Origin: Ignavibacteriota bacterium
GTDB lineage: Bacteria; Bacteroidota; Ignavibacteria; UBA10030
Direction: 5' to 3'
Length of the DNA stretch: 64,000 bases
NCBI GenBank assembly: GCA_963769605.1
Contig: CAVYML010000003.1
Span: 490,562 to 554,561 of the forward strand
Below, one piece after another: positions 42,225-50,982 of the stretch (its first letter is position 1; each line of letters starts with the position of its first letter). The notes under the pieces are model-generated. The model did no database searches and had not been told where the DNA came from. It was given only the letters and a program-made list of their open reading frames with translations. The position numbers and the translations under genes are program-made.

Positions 42225-42647
42225 TCAACCTGCCGTGGGAATGTTACTTTGCTGGACATGAGGAACTGTGCTTGTAACTGACAAAGCAATCTGATTGATA
42301 TTCTGAGGCAATACCACGGAAACTTGCGGCAATGATTTTTTGTCGCCTTCTCTTCCGGCGTTTATTACGAGCTCAGGTTGACTTTTTATTTGTTCTTTTT
42401 GTCGCTGTGTTTTCGATTGTTCGGCGATTAAACCACGTATTCGTTCTTCAAGTGCGAACGCATAAGCGTTTTGCGGGTCGATCATTTTTGCAGATGCCGT
42501 CTCAAGGAGCGCTCTCTGCAAATCTTTGGCTTTTATCAATTGGTCGACGCGCTTAAGGACTTCACTTGCCATTTTTCTTTTTTCATCAAGTTCTTTCAAT
42601 TGAGGCTGTCCTTCTATGAATACTCTATGGTTTATATTTGCCGTCAT
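42225..42647 (-). CDS. Hypothetical coiled-coil protein. It may be the N-terminal part of a fusion with the downstream receiver.
   Basis: 140 aa, charged and low-complexity. Its TGA stop is in frame with the REC ORF. Confidence 0.45.
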   Translation of the reverse strand: MTANINHRVFIEGQPQLKELDEKRKMASEVLKRVDQLIKAKDLQRALLETASAKMIDPQNAYAFALEERIRGLIAEQSKTQRQKEQIKSQPELVINAGREGDKKSLPQVSVVLPQNINQIALSVTSTVPHVQQSNIPTAG

Positions 42648-42676
42648 TTACGTATCCCGGTTTTTATATGTTTTTA

Positions 42677-43237
42677 TTATACATTGATCATTGCTTTCAG
42701 TGATACCATTTTACCCCAATAGGAGCCTATTGATTCAGTTTTATATTGTTGGGCTTTTGAAAAACCGGAAAGCGCCGCCTGAATTCTATCTACGGATTGT
42801 TCGGCATGCGACAATTCAAGAATAACCGTTTTATTATTGAGAGCCGCTTTACGTGCTGCCTCCATAGAAAGCACAATGACTGCAAGAGGATTGTTGATAT
42901 GATGCTGTAAACCGCGCACGGTTTCCTGCATTGTCAAAAGTTGTGTTTGGTGGATCTCCAGTTCTTTTTCCGCGAGAATTCGCTGTTGTTCGCTTTCATA
43001 GAGTTTCGTTCGTACTTGAATGATTTTAACCAATGCCACGGAAAGAAACCACATAAAAGGAAGAGCGGAAAATATCGTAAAAATATCGTAAAAGCCGAGT
43101 GGGAACGCTTTTGCCTTCATAAAAAAATGAATGATTGAAACAAGCAAATAGGCATAGATCACAAAACCGGATAAGACGGCCGGGTAACGTGAAAAATAAT
43201 TATTTGCAATTTGTAAAAATCGACGTATAATTCGCAT
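42677..43237 (-). CDS. Membrane-anchored protein carrying only an NtrB-type DHp (HisKA) domain, with no ATPase domain.
   Basis: Two N-terminal TMs, a coiled coil, and the H-box GLQHHINNPLAVIVLSME (compare NtrB AHEIKNPL). It ends about 60 aa later with no HATPase_c. Confidence 0.6.
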   Translation of the reverse strand: MRIIRRFLQIANNYFSRYPAVLSGFVIYAYLLVSIIHFFMKAKAFPLGFYDIFTIFSALPFMWFLSVALVKIIQVRTKLYESEQQRILAEKELEIHQTQLLTMQETVRGLQHHINNPLAVIVLSMEAARKAALNNKTVILELSHAEQSVDRIQAALSGFSKAQQYKTESIGSYWGKMVSLKAMINV

Positions 43238-43473
43238 AACAATCCTCCTTTAAGGTGTTCTTTCCGGATGTCAACTAATTCTGTCGCAAATCCTATGCCA
43301 TCCATTCCGCCGCTTTAGATGTAACTGCATTCATTGCCGGCATTCGACGACGAACCGGGGATTTGATACTGAGGAGGAAAAATAGTAGTTTCATGCTGGA
43401 GGCAGGGACTTGCGTACTTGCTTTTCCGGGGTTGCAGGAGATATTTCTTTATTATTTTAAAGGGGACAAACGC

Positions 43474-44139
43474 ATGAAGAATAAGCAAACCAGAATATTG
43501 ATCGTGGATGATGACCCGGGCTACGCAGAAGGAATCTCCATCCTGCTTGAGTCTGAAGGTTATTTTTGCGATGCAGTGAATGATGCTAAGGCCGCAATAA
43601 AGAAACTTGACAACAAGAATTTTGAGATTCTTCTTGTCGATTGGCAAATGCCTGAAATGAGCGGTGTAGAGCTTATTGAGCGAATACGATCACATCCCGA
43701 TCACCGGCAAAAATATATCATCATGGTCTCCGGAAAGGGCGCTCTTGAAGATAAAGTTACTGGAATGGACGTAGGAGCTAATGATTATTTGGTCAAACCA
43801 TTTGAATCGCAAGAACTGCTCGCACGAATCAGAGCCGCAATTCGCATCCTCGAATTGGAGCAAGAGCTTATTGAACAGGAAAGAAGAAGTACTGTTCTTG
43901 AAATGGCTTTATCTATTACGGATAAAATCGGCAACCCGCTGTCTGCAGCGTGCTTTTTGCAGCAATATATTCATGAAAACGCACAAGATTATACAAAAGT
44001 CAAACAATCGATTGATGATTTAGGAACAGCGCTGCTTGAAATACAGGAACTCTTAAAAAAATATCAGTCGATAAAGAATCCGAAAACGATTCCAGCGGCT
44101 ATGGGCAAAAGAATGATCGATCCGGAAAGCGAAAAATAG
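43474..44139 (+). CDS. Response regulator: REC plus a C-terminal DHp-like helical domain in which the phospho-His position is Asp.
   Basis: ATG 43474 with an AAAGGGGA RBS. REC ILIVDDD...LVDWQMPEMSG...KP. The C-terminus LSITDKIGNPLSAACFL parallels the H-box of the 42677 protein. Confidence 0.7.
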   Translation: MKNKQTRILIVDDDPGYAEGISILLESEGYFCDAVNDAKAAIKKLDNKNFEILLVDWQMPEMSGVELIERIRSHPDHRQKYIIMVSGKGALEDKVTGMDVGANDYLVKPFESQELLARIRAAIRILELEQELIEQERRSTVLEMALSITDKIGNPLSAACFLQQYIHENAQDYTKVKQSIDDLGTALLEIQELLKKYQSIKNPKTIPAAMGKRMIDPESEK

Positions 44140-44215
44140 AAAGATGTTCCGCAAGAATCGAACGATCTTAAAATTTGCGATCTCTTTGATATCGAAAGTT
44201 CTCTAAGGATAAAAC

Positions 44216-45583
44216 ATGAAACAAATCATTAAAGTCCTTGTCGTTGACGACGATGAATCATACCGTGAAGGATTAAAAAGCATTCTCGAAGCAGAAGGAT
44301 ATGAAGTAAAAACTGTCGTCGATGGTATTACGGCTATCAACATTATGCAGTCGAGTCAGTTCGATCTCATACTTCTCGATATTGTCATGCCGATTGTAAG
44401 CGGTATGGATGTATTGAAAAATATCAAGAACAGTTTCTATGAGTGCGAAGTAGTCATGCTGACGGGAGAAAATGATATTCATACGGCCGTTGAAAGCATC
44501 AAACTTGGCGCATACGATTATCTCCTTAAACCATGTTCGGGAACAGAAATTCTTAATACGATCAGCAGAGCGGTCGAGCGAAAACGACTTCTCTTGCAGA
44601 ATAAAGCGCTGAAGACAGAACTTGCAAGAGTTGCTGCATCCACACAGATTGTAACGCAGAATCCGGCAATGCTGGAAATACTGAATTTAGCCATGAAAGT
44701 CGCCCCGACCGATGCGACCGTATTGATTCAAGGGGAAAGCGGGACTGGAAAAGAACTTATTGCAAATTATATCCATAGCAACAGTCTGCGGAAAGAACAG
44801 CCGTTCGTTGTGCTCAATTGTGCTTCCATGCAGGAAACATTGCTTGAGAGCGAACTTTTTGGGCACGAAAAAGGTGCTTTTACGGATGCAAGCAAGGAAA
44901 AACAGGGCCTGGTAGAAATTGCCAATGGGGGAACACTCTTTCTTGATGAGATAGGAGAAATATCGCCTGTTATTCAACCGAAATTGCTGCGGTTTGTTCA
45001 GAGCGGAGAATACCGGAGGCTGGGAGGAACCCGGACATTGCAATCCGACGTAAGAATTTTATCTGCGACCAATAAAAATCTTATTGAGGAAGTGAAGCAG
45101 GGACGTTTTCGGGAAGATCTTTTATATCGGATGAACGTTTTTACTTTGGAATTGCCTCCTTTAAGGAATCACAAAGAAGACATTCCATTTCTTGTCGATA
45201 ATTTTTTAAAGCGGCGATATGGCAAAATAAATGGATGGGAAGTTGCAGAGGATGCGCTTACAGCGCTTCGTCAATATGAATGGCCCGGCAACGTGCGTGA
45301 ATTGGAGAATGTTATAGAGCGTGCGACTATCGTTGCCGATGAACGAACGATACAGTCTAAAGACCTGGCTGTTCTTCTGAGATCGCGGGTATTGAAAAAC
45401 GAATTTGCAGAATCAGGAGATATAGGAATTGGCAAGCTTATTGCACTAAGGGAAATAGAAAAAGTTCATATTTCAGGAGTTCTCAATGCGGTAGGATGGG
45501 ACAAGAATCTCGCGGCAAAAATTCTCGATATTAATATCAAAACACTTTATATAAGAATCCAGACTTATGGACTTACACATTAA
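44216..45583 (+). CDS. Sigma-54-dependent transcriptional activator of the NtrC family (REC-AAA+-HTH).
   Basis: REC, Walker A GESGTGKE, the GAFTDA (GAFTGA) motif, and a C-terminal Fis-type HTH. Confidence 0.9.
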   Translation: MKQIIKVLVVDDDESYREGLKSILEAEGYEVKTVVDGITAINIMQSSQFDLILLDIVMPIVSGMDVLKNIKNSFYECEVVMLTGENDIHTAVESIKLGAYDYLLKPCSGTEILNTISRAVERKRLLLQNKALKTELARVAASTQIVTQNPAMLEILNLAMKVAPTDATVLIQGESGTGKELIANYIHSNSLRKEQPFVVLNCASMQETLLESELFGHEKGAFTDASKEKQGLVEIANGGTLFLDEIGEISPVIQPKLLRFVQSGEYRRLGGTRTLQSDVRILSATNKNLIEEVKQGRFREDLLYRMNVFTLELPPLRNHKEDIPFLVDNFLKRRYGKINGWEVAEDALTALRQYEWPGNVRELENVIERATIVADERTIQSKDLAVLLRSRVLKNEFAESGDIGIGKLIALREIEKVHISGVLNAVGWDKNLAAKILDINIKTLYIRIQTYGLTH

Positions 45584-45678
45584 AAATATTCCGAATAACA
45601 CAATTCGCCATTCAAAAATTGCCATGTACCATATAGATCCCCACTTGGGCGGGAAGACATTTTTAGGCTTCCGCCTGC

Positions 45679-45727
45679 CATTTACCATTTACCATTTACT
45701 ATTTTCCATTTACTATTTACTATTCAC
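45679..45727. repeat. Seven tandem copies of a 7-bp unit (CATTTAC/TATTTAC) directly upstream of the 45739 gene.
   Basis: catttac catttac catttac tattttc catttac tatttac tattcac. Confidence 0.7.
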
Positions 45728-45738
45728 CTGAAATTATC

Positions 45739-46362
45739 ATGATTACAAAGCAGTCATTAAAAGTACTAATCGCTGAAGATCAGGAAGCCCTCATTCTGCT
45801 GATTCAGCTTCAATTAGAAAAGATCGGACACACAGTTATCGGCAAGGCAATAAATGGTCTTCAAGCGGTTGCACTTGCAGGTCAACTCCGGCCCGACGTG
45901 ATCTTAATGGATATCGAGATGCCCGAAATGGACGGCCTTGAAGCTGCTCGTCTGGTTCAGGAAAAGTATCCCTGTCCTGTAGTGCTGCTTACTTCACACG
46001 ATGAGCCTGAAATGATAAGACGCGCCAGTCAGATAGGTGTCGGAGCTTATCTCCTGAAACCTCCAAGAGCAGGGGAAATTGAACGCGCGATGATTATGGC
46101 GGTTGCACGGTTTGCCGATCTTACGGAACTGCGCCGCCTGAATAACGAATTGAAAATAGCTCTTGAGAATGTGAAGACATTAAGAGGGTTGCTGCCGATC
46201 TGTGCAAGCTGTAAAAAAATCCGGAACGATAAGGGATATTGGGAGGCCGTGGAAGGATATTTCACCAAACACAGCGAAGTCCAATTCTCTCACGGCATTT
46301 GTCCCGATTGCATCAAAAAATATTACCCGGAGTTTATACCGAAGATGTCAAAAAAAGATTAA
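45739..46362 (+). CDS. Response regulator: REC plus a C-terminal 4-Cys (CxxC...CxxC) zinc-ribbon-like domain.
   Basis: REC LIAEDQ...ILMDIEMPEMDG...KP. Tail LPICASCKKIRNDKGYWEAVEGYFTKHSEVQFSHGICPDC. Confidence 0.75.
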   Translation: MITKQSLKVLIAEDQEALILLIQLQLEKIGHTVIGKAINGLQAVALAGQLRPDVILMDIEMPEMDGLEAARLVQEKYPCPVVLLTSHDEPEMIRRASQIGVGAYLLKPPRAGEIERAMIMAVARFADLTELRRLNNELKIALENVKTLRGLLPICASCKKIRNDKGYWEAVEGYFTKHSEVQFSHGICPDCIKKYYPEFIPKMSKKD

Positions 46363-46406
46363 AGATATACCCGTAGCGCAATAATTCCGAAATTCTTCAT
46401 TGTAGT

Positions 46407-46434
46407 CCCGAAGACATTGTCAAATGTCTTCGGG
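46407..46434. promoter_or_regulatory. Perfect 12-bp inverted repeat (hairpin or palindrome) at the 5' edge of the duplicated kinase leader.
   Basis: cccgaagacatt-gtca-aatgtcttcggg. The homologous copy at 50643..50666 keeps the pairing through two compensatory changes. Confidence 0.45.
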
Positions 46435-46699
46435 ATGGTCGCGGATGCTGTAGCTTCGAAAAGATCTAATAATGTTTTCGGGATAGTTTCAGATGTTCCG
46501 AGATCATCCGCGACGATCCGTCGCGGCTACAGTGCGATCAATCCTATTTGGTGAAAATACAATTCTAAGTCAGTGTGATCAGCCCTCAAATTCCGGTTTT
46601 TTATCGGAATTCAATATATATCAGGCAAATCCTCCTCTTTCCCGCATTCTAAAGACTGGCATATCGTGTGTAAAATATACGGAAAGGCAGTAGAGAAAA
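46416..46699 (+). repeat. Copy 1 of the duplicated non-coding leader upstream of the paralogous hybrid kinases.
   Basis: About 80-85% identical to 50651..50982. Shared blocks: attgtcaaat, ggtcgcggatg(c/t)tgtagcttcgaaaa, caatcctatttggtgaaaatacaattctaa, taaagaNctggca. Confidence 0.65.
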
Positions 46700-49600
46700 A
46701 TGGAGGATATGCAAATGCGAAAAATCATAAAATTGCCGGCGCTGGTGACGATGACATCGGTCATTTCGATCGTCCTTTGGGAGCAGACAAATTTTTCAAG
46801 TCTTTTCAATGAGCATCTCTGGCTCCTAGGAGCCGCAGTGATCTTCCTTGCATTGATTATTTCTCCCCTTTTTGGATTCTTTTGGTACCGTCAACGTATG
46901 CGATACTACGGCCTCCAATATGAAATGGCACAAAAAGAAAATCGTATGCGCGATGAATTGAAGGAAAGCGAAAACAAATCAAAGGAAATACTTGAAGATG
47001 CCGCGGTGGGATATCATGAATTAGACACGAAAGGACGTATCGTCCAAACGAGCCGCGCTGAACTTGCGATGTTAGGATACACGCAGGATGAAATGCTGGG
47101 AGAATATATCTGGAAATTTGTCGAGGAAGAAGAGGCGCTGCAGATGAAAGTGCTCGCAATACTGAGTGGAAGGATGTCCCCATCTGGAGATGCGTACGAG
47201 CGAACATTCCGGCGGAAAGACGGAAATACTTTTTTTGTTTTAATGGAAGACCGTCTGCTGAGAGACGACGATGGAAAGATTATTGGCATTCGTACGACCA
47301 TCGAGAATATCAACATGCAGAAACAGGCAAAAGAAAGCATCCAGGAAAGCGAAGAGAAGTTCCGCGCGATCGCAACACTGGCAAACGATGCCATTCTTTT
47401 GATGGATGATGATGGTGCGATTTCAATGTGGAATCAAGCGGCAGAAAAAATCTTCGGTTATACGGAGGAAGAGGCGCTGGGTAAGACGCTTCATAAACTT
47501 TTAGTTCCGACCCAATACTACGAAAGTTCTACTCACGGATTCGAGCGCTTCCGGACGACGGGTGAAGGAAGTGCAATCGGTAAGACGCTCGAGCTGTCGG
47601 CGCTTCGGAAAGACGGCGCTGAATTTCCGATTTCACTTTCCCTCTCTTCTTTTAAACTGAACGGAAAGTGGAATGCGGTCGGCATTATTCGAGATATAAC
47701 CGAGCGCAGGCACGCGGAAGAGGAACTGCAGGAAAGCGAAAATAAATACCGATGCATTTTTGAAAATGTGCAGGATGTGTATTACGAGACATTGATCGAC
47801 GGCACGATACTCGAAATTAGTCCTTCCATCGGGTATATATCGAAAGGACAGTACAGCAGGAATGAGCTCATAGGAAAATCGGCAAACGAGTTTTATTCCA
47901 ATGATGATGAACGAGAGGGTCTCCTTTTGGCATTAAAGGAGCGCGGAAGTATTATGGATTTTGAAATAACTATGAAGAACCGGGATGGTTCATTCATTCC
48001 CTGTTCTATATCTGCAAAAATCCAATTCAATGCTCAAGGCGCTCCAGCAAAAATAATAGGCAGCATTCGAGATATTACTAAACGTAAACGGGTGGAAGAG
48101 GCATTGAAGGTAAACGAACTGCGTTTTCGCTCACTGTACGAAAATACCACAATCGGTCTTTATCGAACGACACCCGATGGAAATATACTTCTCGCAAATC
48201 CGGCATTAGTAAAAATGCTTGGCTATAAGTCTTTTCAAGACCTTGCCCAAAGAAACCTTGAAAAAGATGGTTTCGAACCTTCCTATCAGCGTAAAGAGTT
48301 TCTTGGAAAAATCGAAAGAGACGGCGAAGTGAAAAATCTTGAGTCAACATGGATAGATCAGGATGGCGCCACCATCGTTGTTCTGGAGAACGCTCGCGCT
48401 ATCCGGGATTCTCAAAATAAAACTATTTTTTACGATGGAACAGTCGAGGACATAACCAATTGGAAGCGAGCGGGAGAAGCATTGGCCAAAGAACATAATC
48501 TTCTTCAAATGCTCATGGATAATATTCCTGACGGTATTTATTTCAAGGATACGGAAAGCCGTTTTATTCAAGTTAATATGGCTCAGGCCCGTCATCTTGG
48601 TTTGACCAATCCCGAAGAAATGATAAACAAGACAGACTTCGATTTTTTCAGTGAAGAACACGCACGGCCGGCGTATGAAGATGAGCAGGAAATTATGCGC
48701 TCCGGAATACCAATAGTGGGAAAAGCGGAAAAAGAGATATGGCATGATGGGAAAGAAGGATGGGTTTCCAGCACCAAGATGCCTCTTCGCGATCATGAGG
48801 GGCAAATTATCGGAACATTCGGTTTATCGCGGGACATAACCGAGGCCAAACAGATACAGAACGCATTGAAAGAAGCCAAAGAAGCAGCAGAAGCCGCAGT
48901 CAAGGCAAAATCAGAATTTCTTGCCGTCATGAGTCATGAAATCCGCACGCCGATGAACGGCGTAATCGGCATGACCGACCTGCTTGAACATACCGAGCTT
49001 ACAACCGAACAAGCAGACTATGTCGAAACAATCCGTGTGAGCGGAGAGACATTGCTTGCCGTTATCAACGACATTCTCGATTTTTCTAAAATTGAAGCGA
49101 GCAAGATAGAATTAGAGGAAGAGCCGTTTGAATTGAATGTATGCATAGAAGAAGTTTTCGATCTCCTTGCGCCTCGATCGCGTCAGAAAAATTTGGACTT
49201 GTTGTACCGGATCGATCCAGATATCCCGCAGTTTATTGTGGGAGACCGGCTCCGTTTGCGCCAGATACTATATAACCTGGTCGGCAATGCTGTTAAATTT
49301 ACGGAAAAGGGAGAGATTATGATTTCTGTCGGATTGAATAGTCAGAACAATAAAGCGCTCGAGCTTCTCTTTGCAGTGAAAGATACTGGCATTGGAATTC
49401 CTATTCATAAACTTGAAAAATTATTTAAGCCTTTCTCACAGGCGGATTCATCCATCACGCGGAGGTACGGTGGTACGGGTCTTGGCCTTGCAATCAGCAT
49501 GCGCTTGGTGGAACTCATGGGCGGAAGCATCCGGGCGGAAAGCATAGAAGGAGAGGGTTCAAATTTCGTTTTTACAATGAAGACGTCTGTTCCTCAAAAC

Positions 49601-50542
49601 GAATTGAATATATCCAAATCGTATCTTCATGAGAACGAATTTGAACTTGCAAACAAACGGGTGCTCATTGTCGATGATAATAAAACTAATCTTCAGATCC
49701 TCAAAGAATTGTGTCAGGTATGGAAACTTATTCCACGTACTACTTCTTCGCCGGCTGAGGCCCTGAGATGGATCACGCGGGAAGATCCTTTCGATCTTGC
49801 GATCTTCGATCTTCAAATGCCTGAAATGGACGGTATTCAGCTTGCAACCGAAGTACGAAAGCAGCGGCCAAAAGAAGCGCTTCCATTTATTCTCTTTTCG
49901 TCTCTTGGAACGAATGTCACAGGATCGGATATACCCGCCGATCTATTCCAAAAACAGATATTTAAACCGGTAAAACAATCGCAGCTTTTTAATGCTATTC
50001 TTGAAGTTCTTGCCGGAAAAAAATTCCTGCAGGAAAGAAGAATGAAGACTGTGCAAAAAGAAGAGGGGATTGCTCTTGGACATGCACTGGTTAAAATATT
50101 GATTGCAGAAGACGGTTTCGTCAATAAAAAAATCCTTCTGCGGATGTTGAAACAAATCGGATGCTATGCAGATGTGGTGTCCGATGGACTGCAGGCAGTG
50201 AAAGCAGTTGAGGCCGTTCATTATGACATCGTCTTCATGGATGTGCACATGCCTGAAATGGACGGACTCGAAGCAACAAGGAAGATCGTCAATTCCCGTA
50301 TGGCAAACGAACGTCCGAAGATCATTGCGCTTACGGCGGATGCGATGTCCGGAGATAAAGAAAAGTGCATCGAAGCCGGAATGGACGATTACATCACCAA
50401 GCCGGTGCGGCTGGAGGAAGTCATTTCTGCGGTAAAGCGATGGGCTCCGGCTCAGGCAAATTTTACAGCGGAAAGTGATAAGAAAGAGAAACAATTCGCT
50501 GTCGGTGAGACTTGCACTTTTGGTCTTGCCAAAGCCGGATAA
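46700..50542 (+). CDS. Hybrid sensor kinase HK1: 2 TM, five PAS, HisKA, HATPase, two receivers.
   Basis: 1280 aa. H-box [14 protein letters not shown]. Two canonical C-terminal REC domains. Paralog of the 50983 gene, with two extra PAS modules. Confidence 0.9.
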   Translation: MEDMQMRKIIKLPALVTMTSVISIVLWEQTNFSSLFNEHLWLLGAAVIFLALIISPLFGFFWYRQRMRYYGLQYEMAQKENRMRDELKESENKSKEILEDAAVGYHELDTKGRIVQTSRAELAMLGYTQDEMLGEYIWKFVEEEEALQMKVLAILSGRMSPSGDAYERTFRRKDGNTFFVLMEDRLLRDDDGKIIGIRTTIENINMQKQAKESIQESEEKFRAIATLANDAILLMDDDGAISMWNQAAEKIFGYTEEEALGKTLHKLLVPTQYYESSTHGFERFRTTGEGSAIGKTLELSALRKDGAEFPISLSLSSFKLNGKWNAVGIIRDITERRHAEEELQESENKYRCIFENVQDVYYETLIDGTILEISPSIGYISKGQYSRNELIGKSANEFYSNDDEREGLLLALKERGSIMDFEITMKNRDGSFIPCSISAKIQFNAQGAPAKIIGSIRDITKRKRVEEALKVNELRFRSLYENTTIGLYRTTPDGNILLANPALVKMLGYKSFQDLAQRNLEKDGFEPSYQRKEFLGKIERDGEVKNLESTWIDQDGATIVVLENARAIRDSQNKTIFYDGTVEDITNWKRAGEALAKEHNLLQMLMDNIPDGIYFKDTESRFIQVNMAQARHLGLTNPEEMINKTDFDFFSEEHARPAYEDEQEIMRSGIPIVGKAEKEIWHDGKEGWVSSTKMPLRDHEGQIIGTFGLSRDITEAKQIQNALKEAKEAAEAAVKAKSEFLAVMSHEIRTPMNGVIGMTDLLEHTELTTEQADYVETIRVSGETLLAVINDILDFSKIEASKIELEEEPFELNVCIEEVFDLLAPRSRQKNLDLLYRIDPDIPQFIVGDRLRLRQILYNLVGNAVKFTEKGEIMISVGLNSQNNKALELLFAVKDTGIGIPIHKLEKLFKPFSQADSSITRRYGGTGLGLAISMRLVELMGGSIRAESIEGEGSNFVFTMKTSVPQNELNISKSYLHENEFELANKRVLIVDDNKTNLQILKELCQVWKLIPRTTSSPAEALRWITREDPFDLAIFDLQMPEMDGIQLATEVRKQRPKEALPFILFSSLGTNVTGSDIPADLFQKQIFKPVKQSQLFNAILEVLAGKKFLQERRMKTVQKEEGIALGHALVKILIAEDGFVNKKILLRMLKQIGCYADVVSDGLQAVKAVEAVHYDIVFMDVHMPEMDGLEATRKIVNSRMANERPKIIALTADAMSGDKEKCIEAGMDDYITKPVRLEEVISAVKRWAPAQANFTAESDKKEKQFAVGETCTFGLAKAG

Positions 50543-50553
50543 TTTTTAAAAGC

Positions 50554-50584
50554 CGCCTTTCCTCATGGAAGGACGGGCTTTAAA
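50554..50584 (+). terminator. Candidate terminator hairpin after HK1.
   Basis: gccgcctttcc-tcat-ggaaggacgggc (one bulge) followed by TTTAAAT. Confidence 0.3.
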
Positions 50585-50650
50585 TCCATCTTGTGTCCGC
50601 GACGTGCCTGCCTGCTGACGCAGTCGCGCAGGCAGGCCTGTCTCGAAAAT

Positions 50651-50982
50651 ATTGTCAAATATTATCCAAAGGTCGTCGCGGATGTTGTAGCTTCGAAAAC
50701 ATCTGATATTGTTTTCAGGATGGTCTCAGATGCTCACGAGATTATCCGCGACCACCCGCCAGAAGATGAAGCAGGTCGGGCAAGACGGTCGCGGATACAG
50801 AGTTATGTCTCGCGTGTTGCGTCAATCCTATTTGGTGAAAATACAATTCTAACATAGTGCGGTTTATAATTCAAATTCCGAATATTCATTGGAATTTAGC
50901 TGTTCCGGACAAATCTTTCTCTTATCCGATTTTAAAGATCTGGCACACCGTATGCAAAACATAAGAAAAGACTGTAGATCAA
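50651..50982 (+). repeat. Copy 2 of the duplicated leader.
   Basis: Homologous to 46416..46699, with an insertion of about 45 nt. Confidence 0.65.
50941..50956 (+). promoter_or_regulatory. Candidate sigma-54 promoter upstream of HK2.
   Basis: TGGCAC-ACCGT-ATGCA: one mismatch to TGGCAC-N5-TTGCA and correct spacing. It lies 27 nt upstream of ATG 50983. Confidence 0.4.

Noticed and set aside
46493-46693. Small ORFs in the duplicated leaders (46493..46693 and 50591..50857), sharing ...SILFGENTIL.
   Set aside because: The shared amino acids merely reflect nucleotide conservation. The two copies differ by frame-breaking indels, so a conserved peptide is not supported. They are treated as non-coding leader.
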